Below are positions 24,181 through 37,318 of a DNA stretch of 64,000 nt, piece after piece (position 1 is the stretch's first letter; each line of letters starts with the position of its first letter). Location: NCBI RefSeq assembly GCF_000143415.4, contig NW_003314309.1, positions 186,001-250,000 of the forward strand, given 5' to 3'. A program made the translations under genes and the position numbers. The DNA comes from Selaginella moellendorffii. Taxonomy: Eukaryota; Plantae; Lycopodiophyta. A model generated the notes under the pieces. The model saw only the letters and a list, made by a program, of their open reading frames with translations. It was not told the DNA's origin and did not search any database.

Positions 24181-27144
24181 AAAATGTGCTTGTGTTGTCA
24201 TAACTATTGTAAGTAATGTTACTTCCAATAAACACACACATATGATTAACTTTTCTTTCATAAAAAGTATCAAAGATTTATCTACTTCTTGAGCAGTTAA
24301 AAATCTAATTAAAATTAAAATTAATTGAATTCAAAAAATTAAATCAATTAGTACCATAAAACTTCTCCAAGCAAATATATTACTTTCTAGTGTTGTGTTT
24401 CCCATTATAAAAATGGGATAAAAATCCTAATAACTATATTAATTAACATTTTAGTAAATTTAGAAACGTACTCATAGTAAATGAAGCCAGTTGTTTTCAT
24501 ACCTATTAAATTACCTTTCTCATCTATACAATTTGAAAATTCAGTTCCATATATTGTAAACACTTTAAAAGCCTCTATATTATCAATAAATAATTTATTT
24601 TGATGACTTGTTAATGTCCAAGTTCTATGATCAATTTTTCCATCATGAAGCAGCCACATATTTTACTTCATTCTGCACACAACTAAGTCTTTTTTAGTAC
24701 TTAATTCATCATTTTTACCAGTAATAGTTTTATATATAATTTCAAAAACATTCTTAAATATATGCGTGTAATCCTTTAAAAATGCTATTGGCAACTTATA
24801 AAAATATGGAAGTTGATAAAATGTGAATATAACCATTTCATACCATTAGGTAATGATATTTGATCTTCTTGTCTAACCAAATAATAATATGGTACCTATT
24901 TTTTTGGATTCATTTGTCCTAGTATTGGTCAAATATAATTATGACTATTAAANNNNNNNNNNNNNNNNNNNNNNNNNNNNNNNNNNNNNNNNNNNNNNNN
25001 NNNNNNNNNNNNNNNNNNNNNNNNNNNNNNNNNNNNNNNNNNNNNNNNNNNNATGTTTTAGAAATAATAACTAAAATCTTACATTCTATTAGTAGACCTA
25101 AATAGATGATCTATAGGTAAGAAACACCAATGACCAATATATATGCTTTTTTATAAACTTCTTGACTATATTCTAAGAATCTAGATCCACAATCTGGGTA
25201 AAAGTATTTTCCCATTAGTTCAAAGTCTTGGAACAAAATCATAATCCAGGAAAATCATGAATAAACTATCACACTACTTCTCTAAGCTTAAAAAACTGTT
25301 GACCCTCTAGCTTAGAATTATCTTTGCATGGCACTCCATCCCATAATTGTTTTAACTCTTCCAACAATAATAACCAATAAATATTAAGTACCTTAGGAAG
25401 TTTTGGCCCTAGAAAAATTATAGATATAAATATTTCAATTTATTTTTTTAAACTAATACCTAGTATAATCATAATAAGGAATATAAATGAAGGCTTAATT
25501 GCTAGAGTTGGTGGTATATTATTATTAATTGCAACAATTGCCTAACATGAATATATTTTTGCCATTAATTTTGTTGGAGAAAGATCATCTGCAGCCATAC
25601 TAAGATGTATATTTCTTGGATCTACTGCAAAATCTGGATAATCATCTTCGAATTTTTTTTTAAGTTGAACCATCTGCAGGCATTTTCATTATTCCATTAG
25701 TGGATTGATGATAAAATGATAAGTTATATATTGTGTTATTTCTCTATANNNNNNNNNNNNNNNNNNNNNNNNNNNNNNNNNNNNNNNNNNNNNNNNNNNN
25801 NNNNNNNNNNNNNNNNNNNNNNNNNNNNNNNNNNNNNNNNNNNNNNNNCATTATTTTCTCAGGTATATAATTATTAAAATCTTTGTGCTTGCTAGCATTA
25901 GAAATTCTACAAAATTGAAGGTCTTTATTCTCCTTATAAAATAACATACAATCATTCTTCCTTTTGTCTTCCAAAAGGTACTCCGACACTAGAGCATACA
26001 GTCAATCCAAGCTTGCGAACATCTTCCACGCCAAAGAACTGGCAATGAGATTCAAGGTATTCATCTAATGCTTTGAAATCTCTCCCACCTTTCTCTTTTG
26101 TCAATGCTTTCTCTTTTGCTGATTAGGCTGAAGGAGTTGACATCACAGCCAACGCTGTTCATCCAGAGTTTATAATGACACCTTTGATGTGGTACACATT
26201 CTACATAATGAGTTTGTCTCTTTGCCTCATTTGTTTTCGGTTACTTATGGAACTTTGATCTTCATGCAGGGGTTCTCAAGTTCCTCTCCAGCTTCCTTTG
26301 GAAAAATGTCCCACAGGTAAGAAAAATTCTCTCAATTATCTGGAAGTTTTTTGTGACTAATACGTGATCGATCTCTCAGGGCGCTGCTACGACGTGCTAC
26401 GCGGCTTTACATCCAAGCCTCAAGGATGTCACTGGGCAATACTTCGTGGATTCCAACAAATCCAACTGTAGCGCTTATGGCAGAGATCCCGAGCTCACTC
26501 ACAAGCTATGGACCTTCTCCCAGGAGCTTATAGACAAGCATTTTCCATCCTAAAGGTAAAAGGTTGATAGTGCTAGAGAGCGAGTGAGCAAACAAGGACA
26601 ACTCAGCTGTTTACCATAAAGACGAATATGATTTATAATAATTTGTATAAGGTAAATATAATTACTTCTACACCTTAAACACCAACATGCAACTCTCATT
26701 CCTAAATCCTAAACAAAAAACTTAATACAGATCTGAGGAAAAAAACAAATTAGGAAATTATGTGTTAAAAGTGGGTACATTATACTACTATTAGTAAGTT
26801 AGTTGATGTAAATATTGTTGAAATTTATGACTAAAAATTTTGGAACTACAAACCTTAAGAACTTACATTTTAGTCACAGTTTAAAAGTTGTAAATTGCAA
26901 CTCTAATTAGCAGCCTATATGAACTTATCTAGCTTTAAAGAACAAATTATGATTTATATTTTAGTTGTAAAGGACAACTATAATTTCCAACTTAAATTTG
27001 AGTAACTATAAAGCTATCTTAAAATTTGTAACTAAAGCCAATTTGCTACATTTAAGTTGAGTTGAAAATTAAAACTTAGATTTCGAACAAACACAAAAAT
27101 TTCGTTGGAAAAACATATCATTATAATGCTTTTATGTAGTAGTG
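24181..27144 (-). mobile_element. CACTA remnant, unit 2, with intact terminus
   Basis: Ends in GTAGTAGTG (reverse complement CACTACTAC) at 27144. Transposase remnants as in unit 1. Contains two 100-N gaps (24953-25052, 25749-25848). Confidence 0.8.
25978..26553 (+). pseudogene. 3' half of a TIC32-like short-chain dehydrogenase/reductase (4 exons) inside the CACTA
   Basis: AYSQSKLANIFHAKELA (YxxxK) | EGVDITANAVHP | FLWKNVPQ | GAATTCYAALHP...KLWTFSQELI*, separated by GT-AG introns. Confidence 0.85.
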
Positions 27145-27448
27145 TACGGACTGGCAGAAGTCAAGTCTAAGTCTTGACCTGCCGAAGTCCACATTGTATC
27201 CACCGTGGCCAAAAAATCACCACAAGAAAAAATTGTGCAAAGGTCTATGTTATGTAATATAGTTGATAGCCCAGTATACCAATGGCAAATCCCAAATCCC
27301 CCACTTTATTGACTACAAAGCTTTCATCAAGGTTCAATCGGCTCGAAGTCAAGTGTGCCAAGAATTGATTAACATTTGTGCGTGTAAACTCTGTGAAAAG
27401 AAGAACCTCATCTTTCATGATAGCTCCCACTCTTTGATGTTCTGATCC

Positions 27449-30278
27449 ATGGCCATGTCTCTCGCGGATTTGCTGCTGCCTTTGTTTCGTACTCGTCTTT
27501 CTCACAAGATCCCGGTCACAGTGCCCCACAAATCCATCTGCAATCGTGAACGACACACAGGTTCTTCTCTCTCTCCGTGACAGGCTTGGCATCAAAGTGT
27601 GGAACGAGACTGCCGATCCAAGAGCATGGCGGGGAGTGGAGTGGAGCTCGGACAACCAAGTGGAGGGCCTCGCTCTGTCCAGGTTTAATCTCTCGGGAGT
27701 TTTTCCTGCCACCTGGGCCGAGCTTCCATCGCTGGCTCGCCTGGACCTCTCGCAAAACGGCCTCTCCTCGCTGGAAGTCCCTTGCAAAAATACGCAGCTC
27801 AACCTCCTCAACTTGAGCTCCAATTCCCTGCAAGAGTTCCCCGGAAATCTCTCCAACCTCAAGAGTTTGGAAAGCCTGGACCTCAGTGGGAACTTCTTAA
27901 CAGTGGCCGGACTCCCAAAGTTTAGCTTGACGCTGCGATCGCTCAACCTGTCCATCAACAACTTAACTGGGAGCTTTTCCATTGGTGGTAACCTGGGACT
28001 GGAGGCACTGGAACTCTCGCAGAACGGACTCAGCGGCTCCATTCCAGAAACTTTCGGGGAGATGACGAACTTGAAGCGCCTGGACATATCGTATAACAGG
28101 TTTAGAGGAGATCTACCCGATATTTGGAGCAAGAACTTGGAGCTCAGGTACATGCGTATCTCCAACAATTCGCTCCATGGTGGTTTGCCACCGAGCTTGA
28201 GAAGGCTACGCAAGCTCTCTGTTTTACGCGCTGCATACAACTCTCTCTCCGGGCCACTGGAGCTGGAAGATGGCAACTTTGCAAGCATCGAGGTTTTGAA
28301 CCTCGGGCTAAACGGGTTTAGCGGAACGATCCCGGCTACGCTGGGAAGCTTGAGGAACTTGAAGATCCTGGTTCTCACGGGGAATCATTTTAGTGGCGCC
28401 ATACCACTGGAGCTTGGAAACTGGTCGAACATCAGAGAGATATGGCTTGACAGCAATAACTTGACTGGAACAATCCCAGGCGAGCTCTCGAAGCTCTCGC
28501 ATCTCCAGAAGCTGGTTCTCACGGGGAATCGTTTTAGTGGCGCCATACCGTCGGAGCTTGGAAACTGGTCGAACATCAGGGAGATATGGCTCAACAGCAA
28601 TAACTTGACTGGAACAATCCCAGGCGAGCTCTCGAAGCTCTCGCATCTCCAGAAGCTGGTTCTCACGGGGAATCGTTTTAGTGGCGCCATACCGTCGGAG
28701 CTTGGAAACTGGTCGAACATCAGGGAGATATGGCTCAACAGCAATAACTTGACTGGAACAATCCCAGGCGAGCTCTCGAAGCTCTCGCATCTCCAAAGGG
28801 TGGTTCTCACGGGGAATCGTTTTAGTGGCGCCATACCTCCGGAGCTTGGAAACTGGTCGAACATCAGGGAGATATGGCTCAACAGCAATAACTTGACTGG
28901 AACAATCCCAGGCGAGCTCTCGAAGCTCTCGCATCTCCAGAAGCTGGTTCTCACGGGGAATCGTTTTAGTGGCGCCATACCTCCAGAGCTTGGAAACTGG
29001 TCGAACATCAAAGAGATATGGCTCGATAGCAATAACTTGACTGGAACAATCCCAGGCGAGCTCTCGAAGCTCTCACATCTCCAGCAGCTGGTTCTCACGG
29101 GGAATCGTTTTAGTGGCGCCATCCCAGGCGAGCTCTCGAAGCTCTCGCATCTCCAAAGGGTGGTTCTCACGGGGAATCGTTTTAGTGGCGCCATACCTCC
29201 GGAGCTTGGAAACTGGTCAAACATCAGGGAGATATGGCTCAACGGCAATGATTTGACTGGAACAATCCCAGGCGAGCTCTCGAAGCTCTCACATCTCCAG
29301 CAGCTAGTTCTCAGCAGTAACGACATCGGTGGGGAGCTCCCTTCCGGACTCTCCAACTGCACTGAGCTCGTCGTTCTCTGGCTGGGGCAGAACAAGTTCT
29401 CTGGAAATCTCCCTGACAGCTTCGGGAATTTGAGCCGCCTGCTCCTTCTGTCGCTTTCCAGCAACGATCTTGTCGGTTCAATCCCGGCCATATTGCAAAA
29501 CATGTCGTCTCTGCAGTTCCTCTTCCTCTCAAACAACAGCTTCAGCGGCTCCATACCGGACTGGCTTCCCAGGCTCACGAACTTACGAGCCATGGACTTC
29601 TCGGTTAACAGGTTCTCTGGGGAGATGCCAGAAAGCATTGGCCGACTGTTTGCCAACGTCCAGCTTTACAACAAGAACAAACGGTCTGTGATGATTCAAA
29701 CCACGCGAGGACTCCTCTACAACGGCTTCGCCTTCCCGACCTCCATAGACTTCTCCTTCAACCAGCTGACTGGAAGCATTCCAGCTGCCATTGGCGACCT
29801 CTACAAGCTCCAGGTGCTGCACCTGAGCCACAACCAGCTAACAGGTCCCATTCCCGAGTCCCTGGGGAAGGCAAGGAATCTCTCCTGGGTGGGGCTCGCA
29901 AGCAATCGTCTCAATGGCTCCATACCATCGTCCGTGGCGGACCTCTCGTTTCTCACCATCTTCGACGTCTCCAACAACAGCCTGGTGGGACGGATACCTG
30001 ACAGCCCACAACTCTCGTCCATGGACGCGGCTCTCTTCGCTGGGAATCACCTCTGTGGCTTGCCACTGACCAACACCTGTTCGAGCACTGCTATGCCGCC
30101 ACATAAGCTTAGAACAGAGGGACAAGGTGGTAGCGAACAGGACCAAAGAGAGGTGATAGCACTTGTCAGCGTTGGCATCTTCGTGGCAGCCTTCTTCAAC
30201 GCGTTCTTCTGGACCTACTTTGCGGCAAACCGCAGAGCTCATTCCCAGCTCTGTGGATGCTGGCAATCAAATCTCTAG
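27449..30278 (+). CDS. LRR receptor-like protein, copy 2 (expanded LRRs; +1 frameshift in the signal peptide, so a probable pseudogene or a sequence error)
   Basis: The orthologous ATG is at 27449, with an extra G at 27489. The reading frame is open from 27546 to 30278. Confidence 0.85.
28368..29310 (+). repeat. Tandem array of 6.5 x 144-bp two-LRR modules
   Basis: LVLTGNRFSGAIPxELGNWSNIREIWLxSNNLTGTIPGELSKLSHLQx is repeated nearly identically. Confidence 0.93.
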
Positions 30279-30279
30279 C

Positions 30280-32590
30280 TCGTCCACCATGTTGCTGCCG
30301 TCCTTTCTACCTTCCAGTTTGTAATCCATCACGACTGCTTGATGAAGTGAACTCTTCTTATCCGCTTTCAAGGCCGCCTCCTGTATAGTCTTGAGCTTAT
30401 CATGATCCCCCCACAGCCCCGCGCTCCGGTAGATGCTCGCCAGCAGAACGTACGCAGCCGAGTCATTCTCGTCGATCTTCGTCAGTGCCTCGAACGCACT
30501 TCCACTTACAGCAGGCCCCGAGGACGCTCCTCCAAACCACAGCATCCGCTCTCAAAGGCATGCTCTCGAGGACTTTCGGTTACGAGATCCACCAAGCTGC
30601 TGTAGTGATGAATCCCGCAAACAATGCCAGAGTCCGGGTCCATTGCCTGGAAAAACTCCCTGCCTCGTTCAACTAGGCCGCCGTGGCTGCAAGCAGTGAT
30701 GACCGAGACAAACGTGATGGCGTTTGCTCGCACGCCATCTTCTCGCATCTCACGACAGGCTTCGAACATGCGCGACGTGTCACCCTGTTGGCCGAATCCT
30801 GTGATCAGTGCATTCCAGGCGACGATATCTCGGACTGCCAGAGATCCAAACAAGTGCTCGCACTCATAACTCCGCACTTCCTGTAGAAGTTTACTCCCCA
30901 CAACTTGATCGTCTTCCAGCCCACGCCTGTAAAGCTCAGCCTGGATTTTCCTTCCACTCCAAGAGTTCCAGCCCGAGCTCACTCTCACCGTTGTCTATAT
31001 ATCCCTGTATCGAGCTCGTCCAAACGACAACGTCCCGGCTAGGCATGCGTTTGAAAACTGCTCGAGCTTTCACCATATCTCCACACTTGGCATACATGTC
31101 CACCAAGCTGCTCCCGACAAATCTGTGCTCGCAGCGTCCAAACTTCGCGGCGAGAGAATGAATCTCCATCCCCTTTTCTAGGCTCTGGATTCGCACTAGC
31201 TTTCCATCTTCTCGCGGAACAGGTGGCTCGGACGCTGAAAGGTGGATGCAGGCCATGAGCGCAGCAACAAACGTTCTCTCGTCCGGATCGTTCTCCCGAG
31301 CCATGCCAAAGAACACCTCCAAGGCCAGCTTGCTGTCTCCACTTACATCGGCCAGCCATGCCATCGAAGACCTTGCGAGCTTCCTCTAGCTTCTCACACT
31401 TCGCGTACATATCGATCAGAGTGTTCCCCACGAACACGTCCTCACAGCACCTGCTGTTTGAAGCTTCACCGTGGATAGCCACCCCGGTTTCCAAGCTCTT
31501 TCTCTTCACGAGTTTGCCGTCGACATCCACCGCTTCTTCTCGCATTGCCGAGCTCGCACAGGCGGCAAGCGCAGCAACACACGTCTGAGAGTTTGGACAG
31601 CACCCAGATAGCTTCATATCTTCGAAGAACACGAGAGCCAGCTTGCTTTCCCCGTTGTCCACAAAGCCTTGTATCAAGCTCGTCCAGAGCACCACATCAC
31701 GACGAGGCATGCTCTCGAAAACCATCCGCGCGTCGACCATGCTCCCACACTTTGAGTACATGGTACTTGGCTGCTCCCCACGAAGATATCTCCACAGCAG
31801 TGGCTTTTCACAGCTCCATCGTGAACAGCGAGCCCCTTTTCCAGGCTCTTCGTCTTCACCATCTTTTGGTGGCCTCCTCTTTCACTGCTAGATTCGCACA
31901 AGCCTTGGCAGCAGCAACGAAAGTCCAAGACTTTGGCGAGCAGTCCATTTTCCCAAAGAACTCGAGAGCGACCTCACTTTCTCCATTCTCTACGTAGCCC
32001 AGTATCAACGCGTTCCAGGAGACCACGTCTCACTGTGACATCTCATCGAAGACCGATCGAGCATCGAGCATGATGCCGCACTTAGCTCGAGAGGAAAACG
32101 TCTTCGCTGCAAGACGGTCCCATCTGCTTGGCTTGAGAATGGATGCCTCTGCCGGTCTCGAGACTAGCCTCCTTGACGAGCTTCCCATCGACCAAAACAG
32201 CGTCTTCCTTCGCCGCGAGGCTGCTACAAGCCTTTGCCGCGTCCTGGAGTTTGGCTTGCAGCCCGACCGCCTGGCTTGCATCCTCTCGAAGAGATCCAGA
32301 GCCACATCACTCTCGCCATTGGAGACGTAGCCCAGCATCAAGGACATCACGTTTGGGTGAAGAATGCTGTGGAACAGTCCTCCATGCTGCCGCATTTCGC
32401 GTACGTTTTTCGTCCACCAGCGCATTGACAACAAGCTGCTTGTTCTCCGCCGCCTGGCCGTGGATCGCCCAGGCGCAAATTGCCCTTGCGCAAATCCCTT
32501 GTGACCTTCAACGCCGACACCTGCTGATCGGGCGCCCGCGGCGGCGCTGCCGAAGGAGCGAATGCCGGTGCGGCGCATCGAATCGCTGCC
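30280..32590 (-). pseudogene. PLS/E-class PPR pseudogene, unit 2
   Basis: MYSKCGSMVDARMVFESMPRRDVVLWTSLI and similar motifs, with multiple frameshifts. Confidence 0.85.
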
Positions 32591-32694
32591 ATCGCCAAGT
32601 CTCATCCATCGCAAGAACCCTAAAAATTTGCTAGCAACATGGAAATTCAATCAAGGCCGTCGATTCAAGAATATCTGACGGTTGGAAAGAATCG

Positions 32695-33790
32695 CAATCC
32701 CAGGCTTGTAAGCCGGTGTCCATCTCCGCTCGCCCTCGGAGTTAAGTCGATCGGAAACACCGCTGAAAACAGGAACTATGGCGATCAAGCGTAATCGCTC
32801 TTAAGACTCTTACCTGTTGAGGCAGCGATTCCTGCTACTCCACCGGAGATCAAGCTCGTCACCATCCTACTCGGGCCCATAGTTGCCAGAAAACGTATGA
32901 AACTAAAAAAACACCGTTCTAAACTCCCAACGCGTTTGCACTATTTGTGAAAAGAGACAAAGGTTTCTTTAGGGTTTCTTTAGGGTTTCTTCAGGGTTCA
33001 TGTAGTCATGGCAGGAATTGGAGGACGCCGCAAATGCTAGAGCTGGAAGCATGTGATATGAGCAGAGCGGCACTGGACATGTAAGTATTGTTATGAGATT
33101 CACACTGGGGGAGCGGAGCGAGTGCGAGCACATCTTGCTAGAGTTCAGGCAAGAGGTGTGAAAACGTGCAAGGCAATGAGGGAGATCCCTTATGAAGTTC
33201 TTAAAAAACCTCACAGCAGTTTTTCCGATTTCGAGCTAGCAGACCCAGCAGATGCCAATGATGGGCATCTGCTGCAGCAAGCCGCACAGGGTTCAGGGGG
33301 GCAGCAGAATCTATGGTGGCAAGCACGGAGAACTGGTCCAGTGCTGGGACAAGCAGAACAGTGAAACAGCTTTTTCTTTCATTTGTTTTAGTATGTTATT
33401 CCGTTGGGTTTTATAAACTTAATATCAGATTAAAGTGTATTTAGTAAATATTAGTGTTTTTTTAATCATTTTAGGCTTTAACATGTAAATGTTTGATTGT
33501 CCTGAAAAAAACGTTTTAAACGGCGTTTAAACGTGGACGCGTTTGAACGTTTGCACGTCTAGCTGCAACTATGCTCGGGCCTGAAAGTAACCATGCAATG
33601 CCAGGAGGCCTAAGCATGTCAAAACTGTGTTTACCAATGCGATGGTGCTCCGTGCCTGTAAAGCTTTTCCAAAAATTTCTCACTCTGAAACTAAAAATAA
33701 TCCAACTTTGAGCGTTCCAGTAGTTGTAGAGAGTGTCATACAAGCAGAAGTTTATCCCAATCGTTGGGCCTATGGCAGGAGTCAAGTCTG
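32695..33790 (-). pseudogene. Mitochondrial carrier remnant, unit 2, split by a hAT insertion
   Basis: Homologous to 6870-7295 on both sides of 32878-33573. Confidence 0.65.
32878..33573 (+). mobile_element. Non-autonomous hAT element (696 bp) retaining a BED zinc-finger remnant
   Basis: TIRs CATAGTTGC/GCAACTATG and 8-bp TSD CTCGGGCC. Empty site at ~7085. Encodes WKHV..WTCKYCYEIHTGGAERVRAHLA..C. Confidence 0.92.
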
Positions 33791-35159
33791 TGGCATTTGG
33801 CAGGGAGGAAAACCAATACCAAAAGTGTCAGTCAGAGTTCCTTATGAAGGCTAAGAAAGCTCTCCTGTTGATGGATTGTGGAAAGCGTGTGATAGATGTG
33901 GACACACAGCAACATCTACACGCAAGAGCACAAAAGCTGTAAAGGGAACAACTAACAACAAAGATCACAAAGCTCAAGGTGAGGAAATTCAGGAGAAGAT
34001 TCCAGACCTGAACATGTAACCACCTTGCAGGTTCCAAACTGACAGTTGTCAAACCAGTGTAACGTGAACATGACCCAGCAGGAGCAGTCTCCAGCATCCC
34101 TACCGCACACAGCAACACCAACACAACCAGCTCTCAATGCTGACACCGACAACATGCCACATCACGGCAAACACCACAGTTGAGAGCATCCCGAGCAAGA
34201 GTGATGCTGCAAGCCTGAGCTTACACTGGATCTTAAGCTTGGCATTTCTCCAGTTTGTGGACAAAATGCAATGTCTCCAGTCAACACCATAGATGCCAAT
34301 ACCAGCAGATTTTGCAAGACTTTTCCACGACAAACAGATGAGCATTTTCATAAGAGACAAAGTCCAATCAACACCTTTGTCTACCAGCCCCTAGATGTGA
34401 AGTTCACGAAGATCCAGAACCATATTCTCCAGCTCAAGAGGAGCATTCAAGGTACAACTTTCTAGGAATTTGTATGCACAAAGACTTAGCACATGAATAA
34501 AAAACTCCCCAAGGAGAATGCAGAGCTTCACAATGAGATCTGACAACTCAAGGTGAAGCAGCTATAGGGATAGGGTGCGCTACAACAGAAGAACAAGTTC
34601 AAGAATGAGCTCTCTGGAGTCATAGTAGCAATAAAACAGCCCAATGCTATGGAGAAATGAGAGCTTCAAAATGAAACTCAACTCAGTTATGGGAGAAAGT
34701 GGAGCATAGAAAATCAACATTATATTTAGAAACATCATCCTAAGTCTTGAAATTTAAATCTTAAGACTCAAGAACAGAAATGAGTGGCAGTTGCCAGAAC
34801 TTATTAAGGAGGTGAGTTAACACTCAAACTCTATCCCTTTCTTTTGTACTCCAACTTTCCATCATCAATGCACATCTATTTGTGCAAAATCTACAGTACT
34901 CAAGTGATGTTAAGTTTATCTTTGCTCATGACTTCAACAAAAGCTTTCATAGGGATTGAAGGACTCAAGTCATTCCTTTTTTACTTTTTATATGTTTATT
35001 TGTGTTTAACTGAAGCAAAATGCAAAATCAAGTCAAACAAGTGTAGTAGTAAGCATCCACTTTACTCTTACCTTCTTTTATCTTTCACTCTTATTTTCTT
35101 TTCCTCTTTCTTTTTTTTCTAGTACAAGCTTTTAGCATACAGACTTTTACCCAAGTTTC

Positions 35160-35935
35160 TAGGAATGGCTTGTTTTAACATTTAAAGGAATGATTGCAAA
35201 ACATATAAAATTTTAGCATTTAGATTGGGATGGATATTTGCCGTTTCTTTGGTATATGTATATCACAGGGTATAAAGTTCCATTGGTGTTTCACTTTATA
35301 AACTTTTATGTGGTCATTATTTGATATTACTAATGGAGTTGAGTTTACCTTCGTGATTGCTATAAAGTACCAATACTAAGTCTTGGGATCAACATTTGAT
35401 GAGCATTTTTCCATTCATTCAAGTGGAGTTTATTGAGCATTTAGGCTATGTATAAGTGGGATAATAACAACACAACAACTTCCATCATCATCCACCAATG
35501 GAGTATAAAGTGGATGATTTGGTGTTAATCCATTTTCCTAATATTACAATACATGGTTTGTGTAAGGGGCTCTTTATTCAGTGGAAGAGATTATATTAAG
35601 TGTTTTGGTAAGTTAAACTGCATGTTTATAAAGCTTGGCAAAACATTCAATAAACTAATCCTCCAGAAATTATATATATGCAATAACTTAAATGTTTTGT
35701 ATAAAGGGATCAAGCACTACCTATAAATCCACCAGTGCTTCCTCCTGATGTTCCTTTAGATCCTAGTCTCTCAACCTGAAAACCTTAATTACCTTTCATC
35801 CTTCTAAAAGAATAAGATAATATGAGGTCTAAGTGTATAGCTATGATATTGTATATAAATATTAGTATAATTTTCAAACCACTCACTTTTGTATATAAAC
35901 TATGGTTTTTGGGCTAATTAAGATGCATATTTCTA
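35160..35935 (+). mobile_element. Decayed gypsy integrase/LTR fragment, unit 2
   Basis: Homologous to 8680-9372 and to the 9545-9720 LTR. Confidence 0.7.
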
Positions 35936-36387
35936 TATGCACTAAGAGTGCTACTTAAACTATAAGTGAGGTTAGAAAATAAACCCTTTTATGGCATCTT
36001 TCTTAATATTAGATCAAGAGGGTAATAAATAACTCAATGAAGTTATCAGTCTTTATATTTTTTCTTAGTGAAAATCTTATAACTTAATATACATATCTAA
36101 TCAATATAATTCATTGGGAGTAGGTAAAAATACCATAATATAACTAGTAAATTTTAGAAATATAATAAATTTACTTTTAAATAGGACAGAAAAAAAAATT
36201 AAGTAGAGAATGGATAAAAGTGAAAATACAAGTGATAGAGAAGAAACCATTGATATTTTATCCACTTGAAAAGTTCTTCACCACTTAAGAAATAATAAGC
36301 TTAAATAGAATATTAATTATATAGTATTTTAATTCCTTTTGAAAAAATAAATATCCTCAATGTTTTTAAGGGGAGAAATTTAGAAGC

Positions 36388-36782
36388 TGTAAGCTCCTGA
36401 ATTTAGACTTCCTAGAAGGTCATCTAGCTTAGTACTATTCAAACCCAAGAACACTTAATACAAAATATCCCAAAACTTTTAATCGATTGGAAAAAAGGGT
36501 ACACTCTTATTTATAGGCCCTTTCCTTTTATATTTGAACCCTATGAATTGTCTCTCTCTTTAGTTATTAAGAATCCAGTACACTTCTTTGCAAATTCATG
36601 CCCTTGTGAATGGAAGTTGAGAGCAATAGCTTTCCAAAGAGCCCTGCTCTTTTGACACCCTACCCTTTGGGTTGAACCTAGCTGGAGCAAGTTTAATTTG
36701 CCAAATATCAATTAACATATAGTGCAATTCCATTAACTAACCAACAATATAGACCGTTTCTTGAGTCATTTTTTTTGGTTGC
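36388..36782 (-). mobile_element. Second, decayed Cassandra-like LTR sequence
   Basis: 36388-36555 aligns with 23652-23820. The LTR end recurs at ~36752-36782. Confidence 0.7.
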
Positions 36783-36842
36783 ATTTTAAGTTACCAAATG
36801 GTATTACTTAAAAAACAAACAAGTATATTTCTAGGGGCAATT

Positions 36843-37310
36843 TGTAATGCATGTGGTTTTTACCTTTTATCTTATAGTGATTTACTATAAGATAAAAATG
36901 AAATGGAACATAAACCCTCTATGTGCCACATGTCATCCATAGGACCTTGAGTTTCAGGGCTTTGGGCTATTAAACAAAAGAATAATGGCAAACTCTTAAG
37001 TATGGACCTAAGGAGTGAAGGTATTATAGCACAGAGTGACTTGAAACAGTTCTAGAGTATTTAATATCCTAATGCTAAGACTAACATATAAAATAGAGTC
37101 AAATGGAGTTTAATATTATTTCAACATACTAATGGCATAATACAAGGATATAGGTACTCCATCAACTAACATCATATGAAACTTAAGCTTAAACTCAAGC
37201 CAAATGCAGAACAAGGACAAACACGCAAGCAAGAGTTAGATTATACCTCAAGTTAACCAGCCATGCCTAATCTACCCACTATCCTTATTATATATATGGA
37301 ACCCCCTATA
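36843..37310 (-). mobile_element. Fragment of the 22842-24180 LTR family
   Basis: Aligns with 22842-23366 and abuts the truncated 3' end of MSH3. Confidence 0.75.
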
Positions 37311-37318
37311 GCACCGAG

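Noticed and set aside
24953-25848. Two 100-N runs as real 100-bp sequence
   Set aside because: Placeholder gaps. The paralogous units suggest that fewer bases are missing.
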